Assembly: GCA_035688895.1 (NCBI GenBank) | Contig: DASSML010000169.1 | Coordinates: forward strand, 1-38,677 | Source: Gemmatimonadales bacterium | GTDB taxonomy: Bacteria > Gemmatimonadota > Gemmatimonadetes > Gemmatimonadales > GWC2-71-9 | Length of the DNA stretch: 38,677 nt | Direction: 5' to 3' | Shown here: piece after piece, positions 1 to 8,926 of the stretch | How the letters are laid out: the number at the start of each line of letters is the position of its first letter | Numbering within the stretch: the first letter of the stretch is position 1 | Position numbers and translations under genes: made by a program | Notes under the pieces: generated by a model | The model's input: only the letters and a program-made list of their open reading frames with translations | What the model was told of the DNA's origin: nothing | The model's database searches: none

Positions 1-1
1 G

Positions 2-187
2 CCCAAGCCCGGCGCCGAGGCGATCCCCGCGCTGGCCGGCAGCGACGGCCGCCGCGTGGTGAGCTACGACGACTGGATCGCCATCGACCAGGCGGAGATC
101 GGTCGCGGCGCCCCGAAGGGCAAACCCCGGGAGAAGTTCACTAGCGTAGATGAGATGCTCGACCTGCTGGGCGTCTCGCGACGCTGA
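2..187 (+). CDS. 3' fragment of an FAD/NAD(P)H oxidoreductase (FprA/adrenodoxin-reductase-like C-terminal tail); 5' end outside window
   Basis: Frame is open from the window edge to TGA 185-187. The 61 visible aa end ...VVSYDDWIAIDQAEIGRGAPKGKPREKFTSVDEMLDLLGVSRR. The tail pattern W..ID..E..RG...GK.R.KF....EML is recalled from FprA-type ferredoxin-NADP reductases. Too short for a firm call. Confidence 0.3.
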   Translation, partial: PKPGAEAIPALAGSDGRRVVSYDDWIAIDQAEIGRGAPKGKPREKFTSVDEMLDLLGVSRR

Positions 188-309
188 CCGGGGGACTATA
201 TCTTGAGCGCTGAGATGACCGCCCTCGCGCTCCATCGCCTCTCCGCTCCGCCCTGCGCCGGTTTCCGCCCGCCGGCTCGTTCGCTCGCGACCTTCCGTAC
301 CGACCGCTG

Positions 310-1602
310 ATGCCTTCACCTCGCCGAGGCGGGGCTGCCGCGCCGTCTCAGGTCGGCCATGTCACCTGTCTCGGGTGCGGCTGCGCCTGTGACGACATCG
401 TGCTCACCATCGCCAAGGGACGCATCACCGCGGCCGAGCGCGCCTGTCCGCTTGGCATCGCCTGGTTCGGCGATGGGCAGGTGCCGGACCGGGTACTGGT
501 CGACGGCAAGCCGACCGACGTCCAGCGGGCCGTCGACCGCGCGGCGGCTTTGCTGGGCGAGGCGCGCGGCCGTCTGGTGGTGGTGCTGGGGGCCGAGCTC
601 ACGGCGTCGGCGTACGGGGCTGCGCTCGCCCTGGCCGACGCGCTGGGCGCCGTAACGGACAGCGTCATCTCCGAGCCGGCTGCCGCCGGCATCCTGGCCG
701 CGCAGCGCCGTGGGCGCGCGACCGCGACGCTGGGCGAGATCCGGAACCGGGCCGACCTCATGGTCTACTGGGCAGTGGACCCCGACCGTCGGTATCCCCG
801 GTACCGCAGCCGGTACGCCGCCGCCTCTCGCGCCCTCCACCTGGCCGCCGGCGACCACCCCCGAACCGTCGTGTCGGTCACCGTTGGCGGCGACGCCGGT
901 CCGGCCGACGCCGATCTCCGGCTCGTCCTGACTCCGGACCAGGAGCTGCTCGCGCTGGCCGAGCTTCGCGCCGGACTGCAGGGCCGACACCTGGGCGGGG
1001 AGGCGCTGCCGCCCGGCGTAGCCGAGCTGGCGGGTCGCCTGACCCAGGCGAAGTACGTGGCCATCGTGCATGACGGCGAGCCGACCGCGGAGCGGCGTAC
1101 CCCGGAGCGGATCGAGGGGCTGATCGGGCTGACCCAGGCGCTCAACGGTCCAACCCGCGCGGCGCTCAGCACCCTGCGAGCCGGCGGCAATCGGAACGGG
1201 GCCGAAGCGGTGAGCACCTGGCAGACGGGGTTCCCCTTCGCGGTCGATTTCTCCCGCGGCGCGCCGCGCTATCAACCCCACCGGCGAGCCGGCGGCGCCG
1301 ATGGGTCCTCGCCCTCGGCCGTGCTGGTGGTCGGCGCCCCGGAGAGCCTGTCCGACCCGCTGCGCGCAAGCGTGCAGCGGGTCCCGGTGGTGGTGATCGG
1401 CCCCCGGGCGAGCGCCGCTCCGTTTCCCGCCACGATCGCCATCGACACCGGAGTCGCCGGAATTCACGAGGCCGGCATCGGCTACCGGCTGGACGACATC
1501 CCCCTGCCACTGCAGGCGCCTCTCCCGGGCCCGCGCTCGGCGGAAGCGTTGCTGCGCGACCTGTTGGCGCGGGTCGCCACCGCTTCGGGAGCGCCACGAT
1601 GA
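310..1602 (+). CDS. fhcB: Formyltransferase/hydrolase complex subunit B (FwdB/FhcB-like)
   Basis: 430-aa ORF with an N-terminal GHVTCLGCGCACDDIVL cysteine motif typical of FwdB/FhcB subunits. Its stop overlaps the next start (ATGA at 1599-1602). It is the first gene of the fhc cluster. The exact start is uncertain. Confidence 0.8.
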   Translation: MPSPRRGGAAAPSQVGHVTCLGCGCACDDIVLTIAKGRITAAERACPLGIAWFGDGQVPDRVLVDGKPTDVQRAVDRAAALLGEARGRLVVVLGAELTASAYGAALALADALGAVTDSVISEPAAAGILAAQRRGRATATLGEIRNRADLMVYWAVDPDRRYPRYRSRYAAASRALHLAAGDHPRTVVSVTVGGDAGPADADLRLVLTPDQELLALAELRAGLQGRHLGGEALPPGVAELAGRLTQAKYVAIVHDGEPTAERRTPERIEGLIGLTQALNGPTRAALSTLRAGGNRNGAEAVSTWQTGFPFAVDFSRGAPRYQPHRRAGGADGSSPSAVLVVGAPESLSDPLRASVQRVPVVVIGPRASAAPFPATIAIDTGVAGIHEAGIGYRLDDIPLPLQAPLPGPRSAEALLRDLLARVATASGAPR

Positions 1603-3257
1603 GCGGCGCGCGGCTCCGCATCGTCGGAGGCACGGTCCACGACCCCGCCAACGGCGTGGACGGCGAGGTGCGGGACATCTGCATCGACGACGGGCGGATC
1701 GTGGCCGAGCTGCCGTCCGGCACCCCGACGCTCGACGCCCGCGGCATGATCGTGATGCCCGGCGGCGTGGACATCCACAGCCACGTCGCCAGCTCGGCAT
1801 GCAATCACGCCCGGCGCCTGCTGGTGGAAGAGCACTCGGCGAGTCCGGTGGCGGCTCCGGCGCTGGAGCCGGGGATCTCACCCGGCCGCTCCGGCACCGG
1901 CGGCACCCTGCCCAGCACGTTCACCACCGGCTACCGCTACGCCGGGCTGGGCTACACCACCGTGTTCGACGCCGCGGTCGCGCCGAGCACCGCTCGGCAC
2001 ACCCACGCGGAGTTCGACGACACTCCGATCGTGGATGGCGGGTTCTACATCCTGTTGGGGAACGACGACTACCTGCTCCGCCAGGTTGACGCCGGCGAGC
2101 GCGACCGGGCCCGCGACTACGCGGCGTGGATGCTCGAAGCGACCGGCGGGTACGCCATCAAGATCGTGAATCCCGGCGGCGTGCAGGCGTGGAAGTCGGG
2201 GCAGCGGAACCTGACCGCCATCGACGAGGCGCTGGGCTCGAGCCGGGTGACGCCGCGAGCCATCCTGGAGACGCTCGCCGACGCCGCCAACACCCTCCGG
2301 CTGCCTCACCCGGTGCACATCCACTGCAACAACCTGGGCCAGCCGGGCAACTCGACGACCACGCTGGCGACGATGGATGCGCTGTCGGGGCGGCGGGCCC
2401 ACTTCACCCATCTGCAGTTTCACTGCTATGGCAGCGGTCCCGAGGGCAAGACCGGCGCCTGGAGCTCCGCGGCCAGGCAGGTCATCGAGCGGGTGAACGG
2501 CGATCCGCACGTCAGCGTGGACGTCGGCCAGGTGATGTTCGGGCCGGCCACCACGCTCAGCGCGGATGGCCCCGCGCAGTACCTGCTCCAGGCCAGCAGC
2601 GGGCGGAAGTGGACCAATATCGACGTGGAGCTGGAAACCGGGTGCGGGATCATCCCCTACCGCTACGAGGAGCGGGCCGCCGTGTCCTCGCTCCAATGGG
2701 CGGTCGGGCTCGAGCTCTTCCTCCTGGCGACCGATCCGTGGCGGGTGGTGCTGTCCACCGACTCGCCCAACGGCGGCTCGTTCGAGGCATATCCCGCGCT
2801 GATTCAGCTGCTAATGGACCGGACCGTCCGCGACGAGCAGCTCAAGCGGGTGAACCAGCGGCTCCTGGCCGGAAGCGCGCTGGCCGACGGCCTCGCTCGG
2901 GAGTACACCCTCAACGAGATCGCCATCATCACCCGCGCCGGCCCGGCCCGGCTGCTCGGGCTCAGGCACAAAGGCCACCTCGGCGTGGGCGCGGATGCCG
3001 ACGTGACGGTGTACTCGCGCGAGGCCGACCTGGCCCGGATGTTCTCGCTGCCCCGCTACGTCATCAAGGGGGGCACGCTGGTGGTGGAGGAAGGGCAGCT
3101 CCGCCGCGCGCCAGCCGGACGCCGCCTGCGCCTGGCACCGAAACACGACGACGCCGTGGTGTCGGACCTGCGCCGATTCTACGACGACTACGGTACGGTC
3201 GCCTTCGACAATTTCCCGGTGCGGGGGCTGCGCGATGCCCCGCTGGAGTTGGGCTGA
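1599..3257 (+). CDS. fhcA: Formyltransferase/hydrolase complex subunit A (FwdA/FhcA, amidohydrolase fold)
   Basis: 552 aa with the amidohydrolase metal-site pattern MPGGVDIHSHV. Length and layout match FwdA/FhcA. It is translationally coupled to fhcB. Confidence 0.85.
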   Translation: MSGARLRIVGGTVHDPANGVDGEVRDICIDDGRIVAELPSGTPTLDARGMIVMPGGVDIHSHVASSACNHARRLLVEEHSASPVAAPALEPGISPGRSGTGGTLPSTFTTGYRYAGLGYTTVFDAAVAPSTARHTHAEFDDTPIVDGGFYILLGNDDYLLRQVDAGERDRARDYAAWMLEATGGYAIKIVNPGGVQAWKSGQRNLTAIDEALGSSRVTPRAILETLADAANTLRLPHPVHIHCNNLGQPGNSTTTLATMDALSGRRAHFTHLQFHCYGSGPEGKTGAWSSAARQVIERVNGDPHVSVDVGQVMFGPATTLSADGPAQYLLQASSGRKWTNIDVELETGCGIIPYRYEERAAVSSLQWAVGLELFLLATDPWRVVLSTDSPNGGSFEAYPALIQLLMDRTVRDEQLKRVNQRLLAGSALADGLAREYTLNEIAIITRAGPARLLGLRHKGHLGVGADADVTVYSREADLARMFSLPRYVIKGGTLVVEEGQLRRAPAGRRLRLAPKHDDAVVSDLRRFYDDYGTVAFDNFPVRGLRDAPLELG

Positions 3258-4167
3258 GGTGGAGATCCGCGGCGTCGCGATCGAGGACACCTTCGCCGAG
3301 GCGTTCACCATGCGGGTCTCCCGGGTGGTGATCACCGCCCGGAGCCCCCGCTGGGCGCGTGAGGCGGCGCTCAAGATGACCGGCTTCGCGACCTCGGTCA
3401 TCGGCTGCAAGTGCGAGGCAGGGATCGAGCGCGAGCTCGCGCCCGACGAGACGCCCGACAACCGTCCGGGCATGAGCGTCCTGCTGCTCACGATGTCCAA
3501 GGACGACCTTCCGGTCCGGCTGATCGAGCGGGTCGGGCAGACCATCCTGACCTGCCCCACCACCGCCTGCTTCGACGGCCTGCCCGACGCGCCGGACCGG
3601 GTCGGCGTCGGCTCCGCGCTCCGGGTGTTCGGCGACGGATTCCAGGGAAGCAAGATGGTCGGCGGGCGCCGCTTCTGGCGCATTCCCGTGATGGAAGGCG
3701 AGTTCCTGGTCGAGGACAAGTTCGGGTTGCAGAAGGGTATCGGCGGCGGCAACTTCTTGATCCTCGCCACCTCGGCGGACGCGGCGCTGGCCGCCGCCGA
3801 GGCGGCGGTGGATGCAATGGCGGGCCTGCCGGGCGTCATCCTTCCATTCCCCGGCGGGGTCGTGCGGAGCGGCAGCAAGGTGGGCTCGCGGCGGACCAAG
3901 GGGATGATCGCGTCCACCAACGACGCCTTCTGCCCCACCCTGCGCGCGGTGACATCCACCGCCCTGCCCGAATCGGTCAACTCGGTGCTCGAGATCGTGC
4001 TCGACGGCATGGATGCGCCGGCCATCTCTCGCGCCATGCGCGTGGGCATCGACGCCGCGTGCCGCCAGGGGGTCGTCGGGATCACGGCGGGCAACTACGG
4101 CGGCAAGCTCGGTCCCCACCACTTCCACCTGCGCCAGATCATGAGCGGCGACGGGCCGGCCAAGTGA
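3235..4167 (+). CDS. fhcD: Formylmethanofuran:tetrahydromethanopterin N-formyltransferase (Ftr/FhcD)
   Basis: VEIRGVAIEDTFAEAF, IPVMEGEFLVED, GGGNFLILA, ASTNDAFCPTL and AGNYGGKLG align by eye along the whole length of archaeal and bacterial Ftr. An alternative GTG start at 3259 lies just after the fhcA stop. Confidence 0.9.
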   Translation: MPRWSWAEVEIRGVAIEDTFAEAFTMRVSRVVITARSPRWAREAALKMTGFATSVIGCKCEAGIERELAPDETPDNRPGMSVLLLTMSKDDLPVRLIERVGQTILTCPTTACFDGLPDAPDRVGVGSALRVFGDGFQGSKMVGGRRFWRIPVMEGEFLVEDKFGLQKGIGGGNFLILATSADAALAAAEAAVDAMAGLPGVILPFPGGVVRSGSKVGSRRTKGMIASTNDAFCPTLRAVTSTALPESVNSVLEIVLDGMDAPAISRAMRVGIDAACRQGVVGITAGNYGGKLGPHHFHLRQIMSGDGPAK

Positions 4168-4928
4168 GCGGCGAGACCACCCTCACGCTGCGTCGCGCGC
4201 TGACGCAGCGGGTGGACGCGAGCACCGTCGCCTGGGACGCCCTCCGTGGACTGGAGGCCGCCGCCATCGAGGGCCAGGAGATCTGGGTCGATGGAACGGG
4301 ACGGGCTCGGCTGGGGGATCTTTTCAAGGTCGCCGCCGCGCCCGGCGAGCGGATCCGTCTGGTGGGCGACCTCGGCCGGATGGACGGAATCGGCGCCGGT
4401 CTCGCGGGTGGCGCGCTGGTGGTCGAGGGTGACGCCGGCGAGTACGTCGGCCAGGGGATGCGGGGCGGCTCGATCGAAGTCAAAGGCCGCGCCGGTCCCC
4501 AGGCGGGTGCCGCGCTGCCGGGGGCCAAGCGCGGGATGACCGGCGGCGAGATCGTGGTGCGCGGGTCGGCCGGCGCCGGCGCCGGATCGGGCCTTCGCCG
4601 CGGGCTCATCGCGGTCGAAGGCGACGTGGCCGAGGGTGCCGGGCGCGCGATGCTCGCCGGATCGATCGTGGTCTTCGGCGCGGTCGGCGCCGAGCCCGGG
4701 CTCTGGTCGAAGCGCGGCTCGGTGGTGGCGCTCGGCACGGTGACACCACCGGCCACCTACCGCTACGCCTGCACCTATCGGCCGTCGTATCTGCCCGTGA
4801 CATTGGGCTACTTGAAGCGCCGGTACGGATGTCCGGTGACTCCGGACCATCTGTCCGGCCTGTATCGGCGGTACAGCGGCGACCTCGCCGAGCTGGGCGC
4901 CGGGGAGATTCTGGAATGGACACCGTGA
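4164..4928 (+). CDS. fhcC: Formyltransferase/hydrolase complex subunit C (FwdC/FhcC, beta-helix)
   Basis: Only the last 254 codons of track ORF 3411..4928 are credited. GTG 4164 overlaps the fhcD stop (GTGA). Repeated glycine-rich beta-helix turns (GDAGEYVGQGMRGGSIEVKGRAG, GGEIVVRGSAGAGAG, IAVEGDVAEGAG) are typical of FwdC. Confidence 0.8.
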   Translation: MSGETTLTLRRALTQRVDASTVAWDALRGLEAAAIEGQEIWVDGTGRARLGDLFKVAAAPGERIRLVGDLGRMDGIGAGLAGGALVVEGDAGEYVGQGMRGGSIEVKGRAGPQAGAALPGAKRGMTGGEIVVRGSAGAGAGSGLRRGLIAVEGDVAEGAGRAMLAGSIVVFGAVGAEPGLWSKRGSVVALGTVTPPATYRYACTYRPSYLPVTLGYLKRRYGCPVTPDHLSGLYRRYSGDLAELGAGEILEWTP

Positions 4929-5890
4929 CGACCGCGCTGGGCATGAACGAGCTCGCCTCCGAGATCGCCGACCGGCTGGCCGAGCAGGAGGACCGCTACC
5001 GGGTTCGGCTCGCCACCCTCGGAAGCGGGGCGCGGGTGATCGACGCCGGGGTCGACGCAGCCGGCGGGCTCGACGCCGGCCTCGCCCTGGCGCAAATCTG
5101 CATGGGCGGCCTCGGCAATGTCGTCTACGCGCCGCTCATCATCGGGGGGCAGACCCGGCCCGGTGTCACGGTGTGGACCGACCATCCCGCGGTCTCCTGC
5201 ATGGCGTCCCAGTACGCCGGCTGGGCGATCTCGGTCGGCAAGTATTTCGCGATGGGATCGGGCCCGCTCCGGGCCCACGCGCGGGTGGAACACGAGCTGT
5301 TCGAGAAGCTGAGCTATGAGGAGGAGGCGGGGCGCGGGATCCTGGTGCTGGAGACCCGTACCCTCCCCACCGACGAGGTGGCCGAGTACGTGGCCCAGAA
5401 GGCGCGGCTCCGGGCGTCGGCGCTCACCTTCGTCGTGGCGCCCACGGCGAGCCTGGCCGGCGGGGTGCAGATCTCGGCCCGGATCATCGAGACCGGTCTC
5501 CACAAGATGGAGACGCTGGGCTTCGACGTGCGCCGCGTGGTGAGCGCGATGGGCATGGCGCCGATCCCGCCGGTGGCCAAGAACGATCTGCGCGGCATCG
5601 GCCGCACCAACGACTGCATCCTCTACGGCGGCCAGGCACATTACACCATCCGCGCCGGCGACCAGGAGCTGGCCGAGCTGGCCGAAAAGGTGCCGGCGTC
5701 CGCCTCTCGGGATTACGGCACGCCGTTCTACGACATCTTCCAGCGGTACCAGGGGGACTTCTACAAGATCGACCCCCTCCTGTTCAGCCCGGCGGAGGTC
5801 TGGCTGACCAGCGCCGAGTCGGGGCGAACCTTCCACGCCGGCCGGCTCAATCCCGAGGTGCTGGACGCGAGCCTCTACCCCGCCCCGTGA
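4916..5890 (+). CDS. mch: Methenyl-tetrahydromethanopterin cyclohydrolase
   Basis: ATG 4916 overlaps the fhcC stop at 4926-4928, giving ~324 aa. LATLGSGARVIDAGVDAAGGLDAGLALAQICMGGLG matches the conserved Mch N-terminal region as recalled. Confidence 0.8.
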   Translation: MDTVTTALGMNELASEIADRLAEQEDRYRVRLATLGSGARVIDAGVDAAGGLDAGLALAQICMGGLGNVVYAPLIIGGQTRPGVTVWTDHPAVSCMASQYAGWAISVGKYFAMGSGPLRAHARVEHELFEKLSYEEEAGRGILVLETRTLPTDEVAEYVAQKARLRASALTFVVAPTASLAGGVQISARIIETGLHKMETLGFDVRRVVSAMGMAPIPPVAKNDLRGIGRTNDCILYGGQAHYTIRAGDQELAELAEKVPASASRDYGTPFYDIFQRYQGDFYKIDPLLFSPAEVWLTSAESGRTFHAGRLNPEVLDASLYPAP

Positions 5891-5920
5891 GTCCGTCCCT
5901 AACCCCCGAGGAGCATTCCC

Positions 5921-6715
5921 ATGCGGCGTGTCCCCAGCTGGTGGCTGATTCCATCCATCGCGCTCAGCGCGGCCTGCAGCAAGCCGGCCGAGAAGGCTCC
6001 CGAGGCGCCGGCCGACACGGCCCCGGCTCCCCAGGCCGCTGCGCCGGCCGCCGGTCCCAAGGCGATCGTCACCGTCATCTATAAGACCCCCAAGGACACG
6101 GCCAAGTTCGAGAAGTACTACCGGGAGACTCACCTGCCGCTGGTGTCGGCCAACCAGGACCAGAGCGGCTTCGTGAAGGCGGATCTGACCCGTTTCCAGG
6201 CCAACCTCGACGGCTCCAAGCCCACTTTCTACCGTCAGGCGGAGCTCTACTTCAACTCGATGGACGACCTGAAGAAGGGCACCGCCACCGAGGGCTTCAA
6301 GAAGGTGGCGGACGACCTCAAGAACTTCGCCGATGGCGGCCTGGTGGGCATGATCGCGGTGGAGACCAACGAGCCGGCGACGGTCGGCAGCGACGAGTCG
6401 ATGGCCATCGTGACGGTGATCTACAAGGAGCCCAAGGACACCGCGAAGTTCGAGAAGTACTACGCCGAGACGCACCTGCCGCTGGTCAGCGCCAACCAGG
6501 CTGAGATCGGCTTCGTGAAGGCGGATCTCACCCGCTTCGAGTCCAACCTCGACGGCTCCAAGCCCACCTTCTACCGCCAGGCGGAGCTGTACTTCAAGTC
6601 GATGGCGGACCTCAAGAAGGGCGTCGCCACGCCGGGCTTCAAGAAGGTGGCCGACGACCTCAAGAACTTCGCCGACGGCGGCCTGGTGGGCATGACCGCG
6701 GTCGAAACCAAGTAG
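5921..6715 (+). CDS. Lipoprotein with two tandem EthD-family domains
   Basis: Signal peptide plus lipobox (IALSAAC, Cys19), then an Ala/Pro linker. Two ~103-aa units follow with the EthD/TIGR02118-like pattern (VIYK.PKD...FEKYY.ETHLPLV...ELYF.S...L......F..V..DL.NFA.GG). Confidence 0.75.
   Translation: MRRVPSWWLIPSIALSAACSKPAEKAPEAPADTAPAPQAAAPAAGPKAIVTVIYKTPKDTAKFEKYYRETHLPLVSANQDQSGFVKADLTRFQANLDGSKPTFYRQAELYFNSMDDLKKGTATEGFKKVADDLKNFADGGLVGMIAVETNEPATVGSDESMAIVTVIYKEPKDTAKFEKYYAETHLPLVSANQAEIGFVKADLTRFESNLDGSKPTFYRQAELYFKSMADLKKGVATPGFKKVADDLKNFADGGLVGMTAVETK
6062..6712 (+). repeat. Intragenic tandem duplication: two 309-nt EthD-domain units (6062-6370, 6404-6712), period 342 nt
   Basis: Manual alignment of the two units shows 13 amino-acid differences over 103 positions. 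Long identical nucleotide runs are shared, e.g. ggcttcgtgaaggcggatct and aacctcgacggctccaagccca. Confidence 0.9.
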
Positions 6716-6718
6716 CGT

Positions 6719-7588
6719 GTGTACGCCGTCATCCTCGCCTCGCGGGAGGGGTGGCACACCCAGGAGCTGACCCGGGCGCTCACCGCCCGCGGGCACTCCT
6801 GGGACCTGGTGCCCTACGAGGGACTGACGGCGTCGCTGGGCGGCCGCCCCGGCCTCAGGAGCGGGGCGGCCGAGCTGGACCGGGCGGACGTCGTGCTGCC
6901 CCGGATCATTCCCGCCGGCTCCCTGGAACAGATCGTCTTCCGCATGGACGCCCTCCACCGGCTCTCGGAGCGCGGCATCCGGGTCGTGAACCCGGCGCGC
7001 GCCATCGAGCGCACGGTGGACAAGTTCTGGACCTCGGCGCTGCTGGAGCAGTGCGGCCTTCCCACCCCCGAGACCATCGTCTGCGAGAGCGCCGAGGAGG
7101 CGATGGCGGCCTTCCGCGCGCTGGGCGACGTAATCGTCAAGCCGCTCTTCGGGTCCATGGGCCTCGGCATGGTCCGGGTGGCGGACGAGGAGATGGCCTA
7201 CCGGGTGGTGCAGACGATCGAGACGATCCGGGGCGTCTTCTACCTCCAGCGGACCATCGAGCACGACGGCCGGGACGTGCGGGTATTCGTGCTGGGCGGC
7301 CGGGTGCTGGCCGCAATCGAGCGACGGGCCCAAGGATGGCGCACCAACATCGCCCGGGGCGCCGTGGGACGACCGATCGCATTGTCGGAAGAGTGGGCAG
7401 GGATGGCGCTCAGGGCCGCGGCCGCGGTCGGGGCCGAGTACGCCGGGGTGGACCTGCTCCCGGCCCGCGACGGCACCGTGTATGTCCTGGAGGTGAACGG
7501 CGTGCCCGGCTGGGAAGGACTGCAGCAGGCCACCGGCATCGACGTCGCGGGCGCGCTGGTGGACCACATCGCAGCCCCGGCCCGGTGA
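6719..7588 (+). CDS. RimK-type ATP-grasp ligase (tetrahydromethanopterin:alpha-L-glutamate ligase MptN-like)
   Basis: GTG start. IVKPLFGSMGLGMVRV, DVRVFVLGGRVLAAIERRA.GWRTNIARG, GVDLLP and VYVLEVNGVPGWEGLQQATGIDVAG follow the RimK/ATP-grasp pattern. It sits among H4MPT genes. Confidence 0.7.
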   Translation: MYAVILASREGWHTQELTRALTARGHSWDLVPYEGLTASLGGRPGLRSGAAELDRADVVLPRIIPAGSLEQIVFRMDALHRLSERGIRVVNPARAIERTVDKFWTSALLEQCGLPTPETIVCESAEEAMAAFRALGDVIVKPLFGSMGLGMVRVADEEMAYRVVQTIETIRGVFYLQRTIEHDGRDVRVFVLGGRVLAAIERRAQGWRTNIARGAVGRPIALSEEWAGMALRAAAAVGAEYAGVDLLPARDGTVYVLEVNGVPGWEGLQQATGIDVAGALVDHIAAPAR

Positions 7589-8409
7589 CCGGCGCGGACG
7601 TCGCGGCGGCGGCGCAGCTCGCCTGCCTGCTCGAGGTGAGCGCGCCCAAGCCGGGCAACGTCTCGCCGGGCCGACATTTTCACGACACGTCCTACGAGGA
7701 CTTCGTCGCCAGCGCGGTGGCGATCGGCCCCGCGCTCGCGCTGGCCGGCGAGCGCCCCCTGGGCGCCACGATCCGGTCGGCCATCGAGGCCACCGCCCAT
7801 TGGACCAGGCACAACACCAACCTCGGCATCGTCCTCCTGCTCGCGCCGCTGGCGCGTGCCGCCTGTCGGAGCGGTGGCGGCTTGCGCCCGAGAGTGGAGC
7901 GGGTGCTGGCGGAAACCACCGTCGCCGATGCGGCCGAGGTCTACGAGGCCATTCGCCTGGCGCACCCCGGCGGTCTGGGCACCGCGAGCGCCGAGGATGT
8001 GGCCGGCGCCCCGACGGTCACGCTGACCGCGGCGATGGGCCTCGCGGCGGAGCGGGACAGCGTGGCCCGCGAGTACGTCACCGGGTTCGGCACCACCTTC
8101 GAGGTCGGCGTCCCCGCGCTCCGCGACGCCCGCTGGCGCGGCCTCCCCTGGGCGGATGCGACGGTGGAAGCGTACCTCGCCCTCCTCGCCGCGGTGCCGG
8201 ATACCCTCATCGCCCGGAAGCTGGGCCGGGCCGAGGCCGAGCGTATCTCGCGCCGCGCCGGCGAGGTGCGCGGAAGTGGCCCCGAGGCGCTGGCGGCGCT
8301 GGACGCGGAGCTGCGGGACGAGCGCAATACCCGGAACCCTGGCACCAGCGCCGACCTCACCTGCGCCTCGCTGTTCGCCGTTATACTAGAGGATGGCTGG
8401 AACCGCTGA
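7585..8409 (+). CDS. Triphosphoribosyl-dephospho-CoA synthase (CitG/MdcB)-family protein, C1-cofactor-cluster type
   Basis: GTG 7585 overlaps the upstream stop (GTGA). LLEVSAPKPGNVSPGRHFHDTSYEDF and NTNLGIVLLLAPLA match the CitG-family N-terminal pattern. Only the last 274 codons of track ORF 6751..8409 are credited. Confidence 0.65.
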   Translation: MTGADVAAAAQLACLLEVSAPKPGNVSPGRHFHDTSYEDFVASAVAIGPALALAGERPLGATIRSAIEATAHWTRHNTNLGIVLLLAPLARAACRSGGGLRPRVERVLAETTVADAAEVYEAIRLAHPGGLGTASAEDVAGAPTVTLTAAMGLAAERDSVAREYVTGFGTTFEVGVPALRDARWRGLPWADATVEAYLALLAAVPDTLIARKLGRAEAERISRRAGEVRGSGPEALAALDAELRDERNTRNPGTSADLTCASLFAVILEDGWNR

Positions 8410-8926
8410 CGGGAGAGACCGCGTGCAGAGCCGCTTCCGCGTCGAGGTGAGCAAGGACTACCTGGTGTTCGCCTCCGCCCATTTCATCACCTTCCGCGGC
8501 CACCAGTGTGAGTCGCTGCACGGGCACAACTACCGGGTCGGCGTGGCCGTAGAGGGCACGGTCGATCCCGAGACGTACTTCGTCCTGGACTTCAGCGTCC
8601 TCAAGCAGATCACCCGCCAGCTGGTCGACCAGATCGACCATAAGGTGCTGCTGCCGAACCAGAACCCGAAGCTCGCCTTCCGCGAAGAAGGTGACCGGCT
8701 GGCGGTGGACTATTTCGGCAAGCCGACCTACGTCTTCCCCCGCACCGACTGCGCCCTGCTTCCGATCCAGAACAGCACGGCGGAGATGCTGGCGCAGCAC
8801 CTGGGCACCCAGGTCCGCGACGAGCTGAACGCCCGGGGCTACCGGCATCTCACGCTGCTGGAGCTGGAAGTCGAAGAGAACTACGGGCAGGCCGCGACTT
8901 ACCGCGAGGCGTTGGCGTCCGACTGA
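8393..8926 (+). CDS. 6-pyruvoyl-tetrahydropterin synthase (PTPS/QueD)-family protein
   Basis: FASAHFITFRGHQCESLHGHNYRVGVAVEG carries the PTPS His-triad-type motif. An alternative GTG start lies at 8423. Confidence 0.75.
   Translation: MAGTADGRDRVQSRFRVEVSKDYLVFASAHFITFRGHQCESLHGHNYRVGVAVEGTVDPETYFVLDFSVLKQITRQLVDQIDHKVLLPNQNPKLAFREEGDRLAVDYFGKPTYVFPRTDCALLPIQNSTAEMLAQHLGTQVRDELNARGYRHLTLLELEVEENYGQAATYREALASD

Noticed and set aside
310-1602. Possibility that the FwdB-like subunit is itself a selenoprotein or an active Mo/W-pterin subunit
   Set aside because: The ORF is uninterrupted, with no in-frame TGA. It sits in an fhc-type cluster with Ftr and Mch, fitting the non-redox FhcB role. Nothing in the sequence requires recoding.
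3411-4163. N-terminal extensions of long track ORFs: 3411..4928, and likewise 6751..7584, 17267..18322, 18481..18996, 23989..24171, 21006..21179
   Set aside because: The extensions lie in an alternate frame over the preceding, well-supported gene and translate to Arg/Pro-rich nonsense. In each case a start codon overlapping or just after the upstream stop gives a protein of the expected family length.
4808-7567. 919-aa minus-strand ORF, and similar giants 316..1881 (-), 2811..4094 (-), 28691..31687 (+), 36042..37757 (-), 15214..16761 (-), 16695..18161 (-)
   Set aside because: These are antisense or alternate-frame shadows of genes with strong motif support. Their compositions are dominated by Arg/Gly/Pro/Ala/His, typical of stop-poor frames in high-GC genomes. 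None shows family motifs.
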